A stretch of DNA of 63,994 bases, the filler included, from Atractiella rhizophila (Eukaryota), in assembly GCA_021432655.1 (NCBI GenBank). It is 13 parts of 11 records of this genome, joined end to end, with 100 filler letters (N's around TTAATTAATTAA, not from the genome) between each part and the next. Parts side by side here need not be neighbours in the genome. Positions count along the whole stretch, not along the records: positions 50,718 to 57,716 come from MU272251.1; positions 57,817 to 60,005 come from MU272257.1; positions 60,106 to 62,891 come from MU272257.1; positions 62,992 to 63,994 come from MU272345.1; 9 more parts are not named here. One strand, written 5' to 3'. Numbering within the stretch: the first letter of the stretch is position 1; each line of letters starts with the position of its first letter. Below are positions 52,999 through 63,994 of this stretch, piece after piece. Both the position numbers and the translations under genes were made by a program. Under the pieces are notes generated by a model, which ran no database searches, was not told the DNA's origin, and was given only the letters and a program-made list of their open reading frames with translations.

Positions 52999-55484
52999 GA
53001 GTTGTTCGATCTTCAGCTGCTGGCAATGGCAATGCAAGGACTTCCCGTAATCACGTAGAAAATCATGGGCGCTCAATCAGGCCGTTCTTCAGCTTTTTGA
53101 AGGAAAAGCAGGACAAGAAGATGGCGATCACGAAGGAGGAGATGCGGAAGGCAGCAGGCATAACACCAGTTTGGTCCTTTGATTGCAAAGTCATTCATGT
53201 AGAGTTCTCATGTACACCTGAAATTCCATCTGGATTGATTCGAAAGATGGATCCAGAGCTGCAAGAAAGGGCCAAGGAATCGACGATATCCTGCGACAAG
53301 TAGCGAAGAAGTATGGCTCACAGATTTGTGGCTCTTTTAGAAATCAGTAGGTGCTGACCATATGATACATAGGGTTTTAATTCTACTATCTTCGAGGACC
53401 CCCTTACTCGCTTTGTTCGCTTTGTTGTTGAAGAAGACCTTCCATTCAGCATTGTAGAAAGTCCATCCTTTCAGGAACTTCTAATATATCTTCAGTGGAC
53501 AGTACCTTCTGCCTCCAAGATAGAAATTCCTGATACTGAAAATGAAGGACTCCCCTGAAGAAAAGAATAGTGACAAGAAGTTTGAAATACCGAGCTGAAC
53601 GATTCTGAAAGAGCGTATATGTAAGGTTGCTTTGAAAACTACAGAAGAAATGGCTAGATATCTAAAGGTGCGTACTTGGACGCTTCTGTAACAGCCTACT
53701 GAAGCATGAGGAATGGCTACGGGAACAAAGATCCATCTCTCACTCGATAACTGGACTTCAGAAAAATCACTAGGCATTCCTCTGTGTTAGTGCACACTTC
53801 ATTGATAGCAAATGGGACTTGAATGAGGTATGCGTCGGGTTTGAAGAACTCATTGACCCACATACGGGGGAGAACATGGCAGATGTGATTATGAAAATAG
53901 TTGATAAGTATGGAGTGGCTGATCAAGTATGTGCCTTAATTACATTTCATGCATATTCGTTAACAGTTGTACAGATTGGGTGGTTTGTCACTGATGGAGC
54001 TTCAAACAATGGAACAATGCTGACCGGGATTGAGCAACGAATGAAGAAGCGAGGCATCGACTTTGATGCTTCTGAGCGCCACATTCTTTTATGCCCCATA
54101 TCGTTCACCTTGCAGTTCTCGCCCTCCTAGACTTTCTCAATGTATGGCCAAAATCACGGTCAGGTACAAAGGCGAAAGGGAGGACGGATACAATGAGTGG
54201 GCATGCGACAAAAGTTACATCACTTTCACGGGATGTCAACTATCAGGAGTGTGTCACGGAGAAGCCAACAAATGAACAGATGGATACCGGGAAACTAAGC
54301 GAGGAAGAGCTGAACGGAGTGGAGACAGATTTCGAGCAGATTAGAGCAGCAATACCCAAGGTATATCTTATGCTCTGTCATTGCTTCCTATTAATCAGAG
54401 GAACAGTTGCTAGCAATCATTAAGCATATACGTGGGTCTCCTCAGTGCCAGCAGAGCTGTTTCGATATTTTGGAAGATGCTCTCAAGCAACTCGAAACCA
54501 TAGCTGAAAAATCCCTTCGTATGTTGTACAACAAACACGTTGGGGATCAACACATGACATGCTTGACCTTGGAATTCGCTATAAGGATGTCATTGAAGCT
54601 TATCTGGATCGCCATGAGCTTCCAAGTTCCCTGCACCTCAGTGAAAAACAGTGGAACTCGATTGAACAGGTTTGTTATCTCTTAGAGCTATACTATTACT
54701 GAATAGCTGGATTCAGGTCTGCAGATGGCTTGCAGTTTTTCAGCAGGCAACCTAGGACATGTCAATGACCAAGTCCTCCTGCCTCTTGCAAACTCTTGGT
54801 GTCTACCATTCTCTCCTAGGACACCTGAAGACCGAAATCTCAAGTCTTACAGACAAGATAGTTCAGAAAGAGGTCCTGGCAAGCTTTGCTTGACTGTTAC
54901 TATAAGCTTGTGAATATCACTACCACTCTGATCTTTCACCTTATTACATCTACTCTATCAGTATGTCATTTTTGTTCTGCCCTTGCTCTGCAATGAGTGT
55001 GACTTCGGAACAGTTTGAGACCCTTGTCTTGATGTCGCTTTCCTTGACTCTTCAGTCTTTGATAGTGAACGTGATGAGGTCTTGCAGCACAAGGAGAATT
55101 TCATCACTCTTTTCAGATATCACTGCTATAAGATACCTGTCCCTCCTCCTGAACCAACTTCTCCCGGCTCAAAATTCTCCAGACAATCCACGAAGGCAAA
55201 GCCGAATTTAACAGCTGCTTTCCTTGCTTCCCTTCAGCACGGTGTTACTCCTGGAGCTAGTGAGGATCCTGTCATGAAAGAGATTAACCATTATTTAGAC
55301 ATAGTGTGTTACCTTGGGATTCTGATCCTTTGGCTTTCTGGAAATACTAATCAACTCACAATCTCCTGAACCTTTCAAGTTTGGCTCGGTTGGCTCGGGA
55401 TATTTTGTCAATTCCGGGTGAGCTTTCTTTTTCTTTTGTCGTACCGCTCGGAACCGTTACGATACGAGCCGATAGCCATCCCTA
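52999..55484 (+). mobile_element. Degenerate hAT element related to 27361-31784 (5' truncated, last exon deleted)
   Basis: VVEEDLPFSIVES, HLSLDNWTSE, WFVTDGASNN, MPHIVHLAV, ARLARDILSIPG with frameshifts; same TIR GCCATCCCTA at 55475-55484. Confidence 0.9.
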
Positions 55485-58400
55485 CTCAATATTGTTTCTT
55501 CACCTTGCTGGATCCGACAGGTCTTACAGAGTGTTTGGGGATGGCAAGGTGCTGTTAAATCTCATTTACCCCTCATTTTTTTCGGGCGTTGTGCATCCAA
55601 TGGACTCAATCAAGCTGCCAATTCAAGTCTCCGACGAGGAAAGAAAGAGGCGAGGAACTTGAGTGGTTAAGGTTCTGAGGGAGAGTAGGGCAGACCGTCC
55701 ATGCTGTCTCCTTGAACAGTAACTCTTTCCTTGGATTTGCACAAAATACGGTGCGGAAGTAGGATCCATCCATTTGAACCTTCAACTGCTGTTGAACCTT
55801 GCCGTCGAGACTTATATGATCAGGCACAATTTGCAATCCTGAGTGTACCTAGCTGCTCCTATGCGTCTAGGGAGTGGATTACAGTCAGCCTCTATGTATA
55901 TTCCTGGAGGAGTATTCGCTCTCTCACCTTAGGGGCTTGCGAACGTGGCTTCTAAGTTGTCAATTGGGTCCATGCATGAGGGGATTAAATTCGAATAGTT
56001 TACTATAAAAATTTAGGATATTTGCCACCTGCCTTATTATGCAACGCTGTGTAACCTCAAAATTAAATGATTGCAAGGTTTCCGTTCAAGCGAAGTTGGA
56101 AGGAAAACAGGTTGTAAAGACCCAGTGTGCAGCGTGAAAGAGTGAATAATATCCCTGCGAGGCTCTGATCGGACACACAACCTTTGAAGGCTTCGTGCGA
56201 ATCTGAGTTACCGGTGACCAAAGATACATTGGCGCTGGCTTGGGCTTTTCAATTGGAGGCGTTTAAGTGATAAATGGGATAGATTCAGGGATAGGTTAAA
56301 CCCACTGATCGAATAGGGAACAAAAAGTGTTGCGGGGAGTGAATCGATGGAGTGCAGTCAGGAACGAGAGAATGGAGACCTAGCGAAGTACAGTGTTTTC
56401 CTTTGGTTTCCAATTGAAATTGTGCAGCCGCAGGAGGATTGTGGATCGTTTGACATTAACTGAATTTCAAGAAGAGAAAGATAGATAACCTTAAAGATGT
56501 CGGAGATGGTGTGTTGGTTGCAGTCTGGGTCTCCGTTATTTCTTTCAAATTGCAAACTACGCTTTCTACATCTTCATGATTACTACATGGGGCCTACGAG
56601 CTCTTCGCTCAGCACTGGAAGATCTATCCATCCTTGATTTCCTAGCTTTTGCTCTTGCGTCTGACAAACCGCATGTCCTGATTTTCCCTCATGCTCTCGA
56701 ACTCCGCCTTCACTAATTGATCACAACAGTAATAACTCCGGTGCATCTATCACATTTTCCCCTCTCTTTCCTTTCCGTGGTCCACGGAACTAACACTTGC
56801 ACATTCGCCTGTCCAACCCTCCGAACAGGCCTCGCGCCATTATTAGCTGCCACGCTCCTTCTCAGCTGTACCTCAAGGAGACACATTTTCTGTTAACGCA
56901 CCCTCTCCACTGATCTAAGGTGGAAGTAGGTCCTGACCGACTAGGTGAGTGGGGAGCGAGCGTCCTCCACAGCAAAAGATGCAGATCAAGAAACCGTCAG
57001 TGATGCTGAAATGGATTGAAAAGGCCTAACGCAATGGGATAATTTTACAGAGGTCCAAATGCTCTTGCAAAATGGGGAAGTAAAATTTTGAAGGCATGTA
57101 TCAGTTCTGGACTACGTAACTCGAGAATGTGTGATTTTGTTTACAGTACATCTTTCCAGTTTTCTGGGATCGAGATCGCCTTCTTCGTAGGTAACCCTTG
57201 GATGTCTGAAAAATGAGTGATAAGCCACTATTAGGCGCTCGATACACTTAGACAACACCGCCGCAAACCAGTATTCTAACGTGTTATCTCCATCGTCACA
57301 ACCTCACTTGAGTATCGTGGTGGTTGTTGGTTGAAGATCTGGCTGTTGGTATGGCTCCGAAGTCGATGAGGTCGTATCCGTTCGTTGGACCTTTGACTGA
57401 CGACCTTCTTGATGCAATGCAGAGGGTTTGGTACCGCTGATCCCCAGTTTGACGTTGAATTATTTGTGAAGAAAATTGGGTCCCAGGTGTTCCATCCGTT
57501 TTAAAGTGTCCACACGCTGTGACTGGAGGAGAACCGCCTGAATTACCTCGATTAGGCATTGGCAAGCTTCCTGGTCTTCAAATAATGGCACTACTTTTTC
57601 ACCCTTTAAGAATGTCGAAAGCTCCTCTTGCTGCTCCTTCTCAGCCGGTCGTTGCAGAAATGGAGTCAAGATGGGAGATTCGTCTAGGCTTAGGAAGGTT
57701 GAGCATATCACAACACNNNNNNNNNNNNNNNNNNNNNNNNNNNNNNNNNNNNNNNNNNNNTTAATTAATTAANNNNNNNNNNNNNNNNNNNNNNNNNNNN
57801 NNNNNNNNNNNNNNNNGACAACTGCAAGAAGGAACGAATACCTCTGCCTCTTTGCGCTTCTTTAAGGTGGAAGTGCGGCATCTTAAGGTGTGATCAGGGA
57901 ATAAAATGAGACTACAAAGTAATTGCAGCAGCGGGGGTAAGTTTATGACGGTCTCGATGGTTAACCACGACGGATAAGTACTGTTTCAATCAAAGACCTG
58001 TAAACAGCATCCTACTTCAAGGGGCTCAATTTAGGAGGATGTTTGAATGTTGGTTGCGATGGTAGATCGTACTACGGTGGTCTCTGACGGGGAAGCTTGT
58101 AGGATGCGGCAGAATCCCATCATCTAAATGGTCTTTTCTCGGATACAAGTAGGTGCTTGCGGCGTGAAACAAGAGGAGCAATGCTGAATTGTTGAGCGGA
58201 CACATTTTCTGCTCAAGTAAGGTCTGCTGCTGGTTGCCCAGCTCTTGTTTTATTGTGCCCCATTTAGCACTTTAGATAATGAATTATTGAATAGACAGTT
58301 GAAGAATGCACCCAAGCCGCACAAAAGTTGTGGCCTGATCGATGTGGCATGGTTCTCCATGAAAGGTAGGCGCTACTCTACAATAGCTCCATGGCGAGCT

Positions 58401-58630
58401 CGTGGAGTAAGAGAGAAGACGAGAAGATGGCTCAATGTGATGACGACCACTAGTAATCTCGGCCAACTCTTCCTTGGGTGCATGTAATTTTAGAGCAAAA
58501 TACGTTTTCTCAATTTCTCGACAAGAGAACGCAAATCTCTGTCAATGTGAACATGGGCTACACTTGCGTCAAAGGTGAAAAGTAAAGGAAGAAAAGTCAA
58601 GAAAAGAAGAGAGAGAGAAAAGAAACTCAC

Positions 58631-58850
58631 TTCCTGTCCCTTTGCTCCCAAGCCTCCTTTCCCTTCCCCTCACCATCTTCACACATATCCGCACCACGAA
58701 TACATAGTAAACGTATCCCACGATACCTACCACCATCCCAATCGCAAACTTCCGTGCAACCCATGGATCAGGGGGTCGTAAGCCAGCCGCTTCTTGCTCT
58801 TTAAGTATGCGAAGACGCTCTGAAGGGCCGATGAATTTTCGTTTGGGCAT
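58631..58850 (-). CDS. PFA5: First exon of a probable DHHC palmitoyltransferase (Pfa5-like)
   Basis: MPKRK...DPWVARKFAIGMVVGIVGYVYYVFVVRICVKMVRG...GSKGTG then GTGAGT donor; resembles basidiomycete Pfa5 N-termini from memory; DHHC motif not in this contig. Confidence 0.5.
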
Positions 58851-59057
58851 GACTGTTCTAGGGGTGAAATGAGGCACAAGGGAGAATGGTGAAGGGGGAG
58901 CTGGATGAACAAACTTGGAAAATGACGTTGAAGACCCTCTTGTCCGGATGTGGATCACGAACGCCGGAAGAGCGACACCGCGTACAGGCAGTACGTATGC
59001 ATGATCTCTTCTGAGTCCAGTGGAAACTTTGGATTTATTTCTCATTGCGCCTTCTCA

Positions 59058-61798
59058 ATGCAACGAATTTTTCACGCTTCCACCATCAGGACCACCTCCA
59101 CCCTCCTCCGTCCGCTCGCCCTGACCAGATACGCCGTACAGCCATCGTCAAGCAGAGTCGCAGCAAGAACAATGGCCGCTTCAGCTCCAGTACAGAAGGT
59201 CAATGTGCCTCAGGACTTCAATAGCATGCTTTACACGCCTCTGAAGGAGGAGGATAGCGAGATTTGGGAGTTGATTGAGAGAGAGAAGTTTAGGCAGTTC
59301 CGTGGGTGAGTCCAATATTTTGCATGTGGAGAGGCAGTGGGGAAAGTAACAATGGGTTGTGGTTTTTCAACAATAAATGAATAACTCGCTGGTTCAGCGA
59401 TGGATGATTTGTGACAAAGATCGTTAGAATATGTCGCATGGACGACCTGTTGTCTGTTGCGTTAAGTTGCAATTGAATATCATTTCACGTCGAGATGAAA
59501 ATGAGGACAGGAACAGTCTCGTCATTGACAAATAAGCTGTTTCTTCTTTGACCATTCCAATTCTATGTTTTATCTATTCTGTTCCCATTCGCGTTTCAAG
59601 TACAGTGCTCCGTTACGAGTAGGAGGTGGGATGCCGCAACATTCGGCGGCGTCGCAGAAAGAAGCAGCAGAAGCAGAAACATATAACTCCGACGAGTTGC
59701 TTCTACTAGATAAAAGTGTTTGCAAGGGCCACTCACTCCTTCTCCGCAACTGGATTTGTTAAATTGAAAACGTCATACTGGCCATAGAGATGCCTTCTAC
59801 TTCCTTTTGAGAAGATGAACCGTCCTCTTATTAATCCCACGGCCTGGTTGAAATGCACGATTGCTTGTAGCTCCTTCTGATGAGATGGGCTTTGGGATAC
59901 TTCTTCCTTCATTCCATAACGTGAAAACTTGCTTGTATTCCCACTTTGTCTATGTGTCCATGTGGAGGGACTTGTTTCAGATGAAGCGGGTGTACACGAA
60001 ACGAGNNNNNNNNNNNNNNNNNNNNNNNNNNNNNNNNNNNNNNNNNNNNTTAATTAATTAANNNNNNNNNNNNNNNNNNNNNNNNNNNNNNNNNNNNNNN
60101 NNNNNTATAGTCGTAAACCTATAAGCCTCCTACTGATGCTTGATGCTTTCTTGTTAGGCTGGAACTAATTGCCTCAGAAAACCTTACATCCCTCGCAGTC
60201 ATGGAGGCTAATGGGTCATATCTCACGAACAAATAGTAAGCCATTTTTACCTTCCCCTTCAATTTGCCTCTCAACCCCTCACAGCTCAGAGGGACTCCCT
60301 GGAAATCGATACTACGGAGGCAACGAATTTATTGACAAGATCGAAGTGCTGTGCCAGAAAAGAGCCCTGGAATGTTTTGGTTTAGATCCCAACGTAAGTC
60401 ATTTGTTGCACAAATACATATTGATCTCATTTGTGTGTAGGTCTGGGGTGTTAACGTCCAACCTTACTCTGGATCAACGGCCAACTTTGCTGCTTTTACT
60501 GCTTTGATTCAGCCTCAGGACCGAATCATGGGCCTCGGACTCCCAGACGGTGGACGTATGGCTTTCCCCCAGACACAACGTACGATTTGTTGACGGCTAG
60601 CTCAGATTTGACACATGGATTTTACACCCCGAAGCGAAAGATTTCTGCGTCCTCGATCTACTTCCAGTCTTTGCCTTATCAAGTGCGTGGATGTCAGGGT
60701 CTGAAGGCTTTCACTCATGCTTTGGCGGCAGGTCGATTCTCAAACTGGTCACATCGATTACGAGGGTCTCGCAAAGAATGCCGGTCTGTTTAAACCTCGA
60801 GTGATCATCTGTGGAGCGTCGGCTTACCCCCGTGATTGGGAGTACGAACGATTGAGGAAGATTGCTGACAGCGAAGGAGCATACCTCTTGAGCGATATGG
60901 CACATATTTCCGGTCTCGTCGCTGCTAAGGTCCAAAACGACCCCTTCCAGTACTGTGATGTTGTCTGCACTACCACGTAAGTCTTCCTTTGGGAGTGGCT
61001 GGAGCGTTGTTAATATTGCGATAGGCACAAGACTCTGAGGGGTCCGAGAGCTGGTTTGATCTTCTTCCGGAAAGACAAGGATCCTGAAATCGAACGCCGT
61101 GTTAACGAAGCCGTGTTCCCTGCCTGCCAAGGAGGTCCTCACAACAACGTAAGATCATCTCCCATTTGTTTCCCTCAACTAACACGGATGACAGACCATC
61201 GCTGCTGTCGCTGTCGCTCTTCGTCAAGCTTCAACGCCAGAGTTCCGAGAATACGCCTCGCAGATCATCAAGAACACGCAGGTGTTGGGCAATACTCTCA
61301 CCGCTGAAGGCTACAAGCTCCAAACGGACGGATCCGACAATCACCTCATCCTTTGGGACCTTCGTCCTCTCGGTATCACCGGTTCCAAGTTCGAAAAGCT
61401 TTGCGATCTCGTCCACATCACGCTGAACAAGAATGCCGTCCCTGGTGACAAGTCGGCTCAAACCCCTGGTGGTGTTAGGATCGGAAGCAACAGTTTGACC
61501 AGCCGAAGCATGAAGGAGAAGGATATGGAGAAGGTCGCAGAGTTCTTGATCCGGGTCGTCAAGATTGCGGAAACTGTACAGAAGGAAACTGGAAAGAGCA
61601 AGTTGTTGAAGGACTTCTTGAAGACCGCTGAAGGGAACGGAGATGGCGCAAGGATGATTAGGGAATTGAAGGACGAAGTCGAGGCTTTCGCAACCTCTTT
61701 CCCGCTTCCTGGAATTCCTGTGAGTATCCTCTGGCTTCCTCGATGACTATTGTTGAACGTAAGAATAGGACTCGTCCACTTTGACCAGACATGAGTAG
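59058..61798 (+). CDS. SHM2: Serine hydroxymethyltransferase with mitochondrial presequence; split by a linker inside intron 1
   Basis: [84 protein letters not shown]. Confidence 0.97.
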
Positions 61799-62234
61799 AA
61801 GCAGTAGATGTCACCGTGGATTTCGTTCAAATGTAGAAAATTGTGGTTGCAAGGGTTTCAGTCGGTCTAAGAGTTGGATGAACAATGAAACGTCAACTGT
61901 TTGTATAGTAAGAACTTCAACGTTCTCCAAAAACAAATGGCATTTGCGTTCTTGCCTATTTATTTACTGTGCGACATTCATGAGCAAAAGTCTCATTGAA
62001 GGGAGAGGATTGATTATTATGTTTGCGACCATTTGCAGCATGAGTAAGGTGTATGATACAGCTCCCGGAAGATGGGCGAACTATTAACGAATAAATATCC
62101 ATCGAACGACGAAGAGCATGCTGCATTAAAGACATCTATGAAAAGTGCGTGAGAGTGGGGTTTAATCTATACCGTCAACGTCAATTCAACTCAAGCTGAG
62201 AGAAAGTCGTGACTTACATCTGACCCCATTTTGT

Positions 62235-62891
62235 TTACTCGAATAGAGTCTGTCCATGTCCCTCTCGTCTCCCATATCCACCCTGCTGCCCAAACCCTGC
62301 TCTACCACCGAATCCACCTTGTGCGTATCCTCCTTTCCCTCGATTTCCGTACCCCCCACGCTGCTGCCCGTCCCTGCTACCGTATCCACTGCGCTGTCCT
62401 CCAAAATTGCCTCCACGTCCAAATCCACTATTAGATCGAGACGAGTATCCATTCGACGATCTTCCACCACCAGATCCACTCATGCCAAGCTTCTGCAAGA
62501 ATGCGTGAGATAGCTCCGGTGCTTGCTCAAGGCCCAAGGCACCGACAGCCCACGCTCTACAACCTTCAAGGATGCTTTCTCGGTCCGTTCGCAGGTCGGA
62601 CGATCGAGAAGCGTAGTATCCGATGAGAGATTGGAAGACTTCTCGCGCATCTTCGTTGGGGACGATGGGAAGCACACTGTTTCGAAGGTTGCCGGGAAGT
62701 TTGGCCAGTCGTGATGCGACTTGAGGGAGGATTCCTCTTGGTTGCTCATCGGAGAAACGAGATCTGCCCACTCTGGGAGCTGGAGCTGACGCCTCAAATT
62801 TCTCACACAAATCGGAGATTTCCTTCTCCAGGTCGGCAACGGAAAGGGTGCGGAGATTGACGTCCTTCAGGCACCAGGATAGATAGCCCTT
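62235..62891 (-). CDS. MSS116: Mss116/CYT-19-like DEAD-box RNA helicase C-terminal extension with RGG-rich tail
   Basis: VFQSLIGYY...WA..LGL...PELSHAFLQKLG followed by a G/R/S-rich tail; helicase core is beyond the linker. Confidence 0.65.
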   Translation of the reverse strand, partial: KGYLSWCLKDVNLRTLSVADLEKEISDLCEKFEASAPAPRVGRSRFSDEQPRGILPQVASRLAKLPGNLRNSVLPIVPNEDAREVFQSLIGYYASRSSDLRTDRESILEGCRAWAVGALGLEQAPELSHAFLQKLGMSGSGGGRSSNGYSSRSNSGFGRGGNFGGQRSGYGSRDGQQRGGYGNRGKGGYAQGGFGGRAGFGQQGGYGRREGHGQTLFE

Positions 62892-62992
62892 NNNNNNNNN
62901 NNNNNNNNNNNNNNNNNNNNNNNNNNNNNNNNNNNTTAATTAATTAANNNNNNNNNNNNNNNNNNNNNNNNNNNNNNNNNNNNNNNNNNNNT

Positions 62993-63485
62993 TTCCTCAC
63001 ATTATTTCATTCTTGAGGCTCAAGTATCCAAACCTAGCATTTCTCCATCTTATTAACCCTCGCATCAACGGCGGCATCGAGAAGGATGACGATCCATCTC
63101 CAGAACAACTCGCTCCCCTCAGTGAGTTGCGGGCGACTTCGGCTCCACTGCCAATCATCCTCGCTGGCGGATATCTCCCAGATAATGCGGCAAAGGAGCT
63201 GCATGAGGCAGAAGGGAAAGAGACGGTTCTGATCGCAATGGGAAGGTATTTCATAAGTAATGTATGTAGTGAATTTAACTCTCGCTTAGACAGCACTGCT
63301 GACATCGAACGTCATAGCCCGACCTGGTCAATCGTATCAAAAACATCCATGAGATGTCTAAATACGATAGACAGACATTCTACACGTGAGTCCCTACTTC
63401 AAGCCTGATCCACCTGAAGACGCTCATGCATTACTATAGCGGCGGAGCTAAAGGTTACATTGACTACGGCATTGCGCACCTATAA
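62993..63485 (+). CDS. Old yellow enzyme (NADH:flavin oxidoreductase), 3' part
   Basis: LAFLHLINPR, IILAGGY, IAMGRYFISN|PDLVNRI, YDRQTFY, KGYIDY. Confidence 0.92.
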
Positions 63486-63774
63486 ATCCTTCTTCCCTAT
63501 TGTATCAATGGAAAGAACACTGTAGAAATAATGGTAATTCATTTCGTCCTTTACATGTGGCCCACAAGTACTGGAAGCTCAAACACACCCTCTTAAGAAT
63601 TGCATTTCCTTAACTGCTGCGACCAACCATCTCAGCCAGTCTGAGCACTATGGAAGCTCTTCTCAAGCTGCCAGTTTAGGTCATGTCGTGTCTCTTTGTC
63701 AGGTGATCGTGCTTTCAAACACTCACAATCAAGCCTCAATTGCCACCAGCATACGAGCTACGTTATAAATCCAA

Positions 63775-63994
63775 ATGCCTCCTAAACCAGCAGGGAAACG
63801 AATTGCGAAAGAGATAGCAGATTTAGATAAAAACACGCCTCCAAATTGTCGGTGCGTTTCTTTCTGAATCCATTGACTTACCTGATGACATGCTCACCAG
63901 GATATGGATCAAGAATGAGAGCAATCTGTTTGAGTGGGCCGCTGAACTGGAGGTGAATTCAATTCATTGTTAGCAAGATGGCAGAGTTGAATCA
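63775..63994 (+). CDS. Ubiquitin-conjugating enzyme E2, 5' part
   Basis: MPPKPAGKRIAKEIADL..PPNCR|IWIKNESNLFEWAAELE; runs off window. Confidence 0.8.

Noticed and set aside
57296..57716. Fragmentary minus-strand ORFs as a transposase or gene
   Set aside because: Interrupted by stops with no diagnostic motif; cannot be supported without a search.
7098..62947. Recurring TTAATTAATTAA palindrome as a biological repeat or CRISPR-like array
   Set aside because: Always flanked by 44 Ns on each side; an artificial six-frame-stop spacer.
46404..63994. Nitrogen/one-carbon metabolic gene cluster (allantoicase, SHMT, OYE)
   Set aside because: The genes lie on different linker-separated pieces, so physical linkage is not shown.

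Overview
This is fungal nuclear DNA, most likely a basidiomycete (dense genes, mostly 43-75 nt GT-AG introns with CTRAY branch points, a FunK1 kinase). It is a pseudomolecule of about 13 pieces joined by artificial 100-nt N44-TTAATTAATTAA-N44 linkers, so adjacency across linkers is unreliable. Recognisable genes, many partial: LYS1, TOM5, an SGNH/PC-esterase-type membrane protein, MRN1/Nrd1-like RRM protein, tRNA-Leu(CAG), a formin GBD/FH3 protein, RPB2, FAB1, an AGC kinase, cyclophilin, dienelactone hydrolase, a probable TAF2 bromodomain tail, RER1, DUF4291, allantoicase, FunK1, a probable PFA5, SHMT, an Mss116-like helicase, an old yellow enzyme and an E2. Mobile DNA: an apparently intact, intron-rich Ac-like hAT element, a decayed relative, and Tc1/mariner-like, copia and Tad1-like LINE remnants. 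The main surprise is that about 15.6-20.5 kb is mirror-image DNA (reversed but not complemented). Read backwards on the same strand, it contains two allelic copies of the 5' half of FAB1 (FYVE + CCT domains, canonical intron), and copy 2 runs in frame into the forward FAB1 sequence at 20545. This is almost certainly a scaffolding bug rather than biology, but six-frame translation cannot see it. The best biological leads are an unassigned ~345-nt highly structured intergenic RNA candidate (37329-37671) and a recurring pattern of long early introns with proximal cryptic acceptors that lead to premature stops. All pairings, splice models and identities were worked out by eye; no searches were run.
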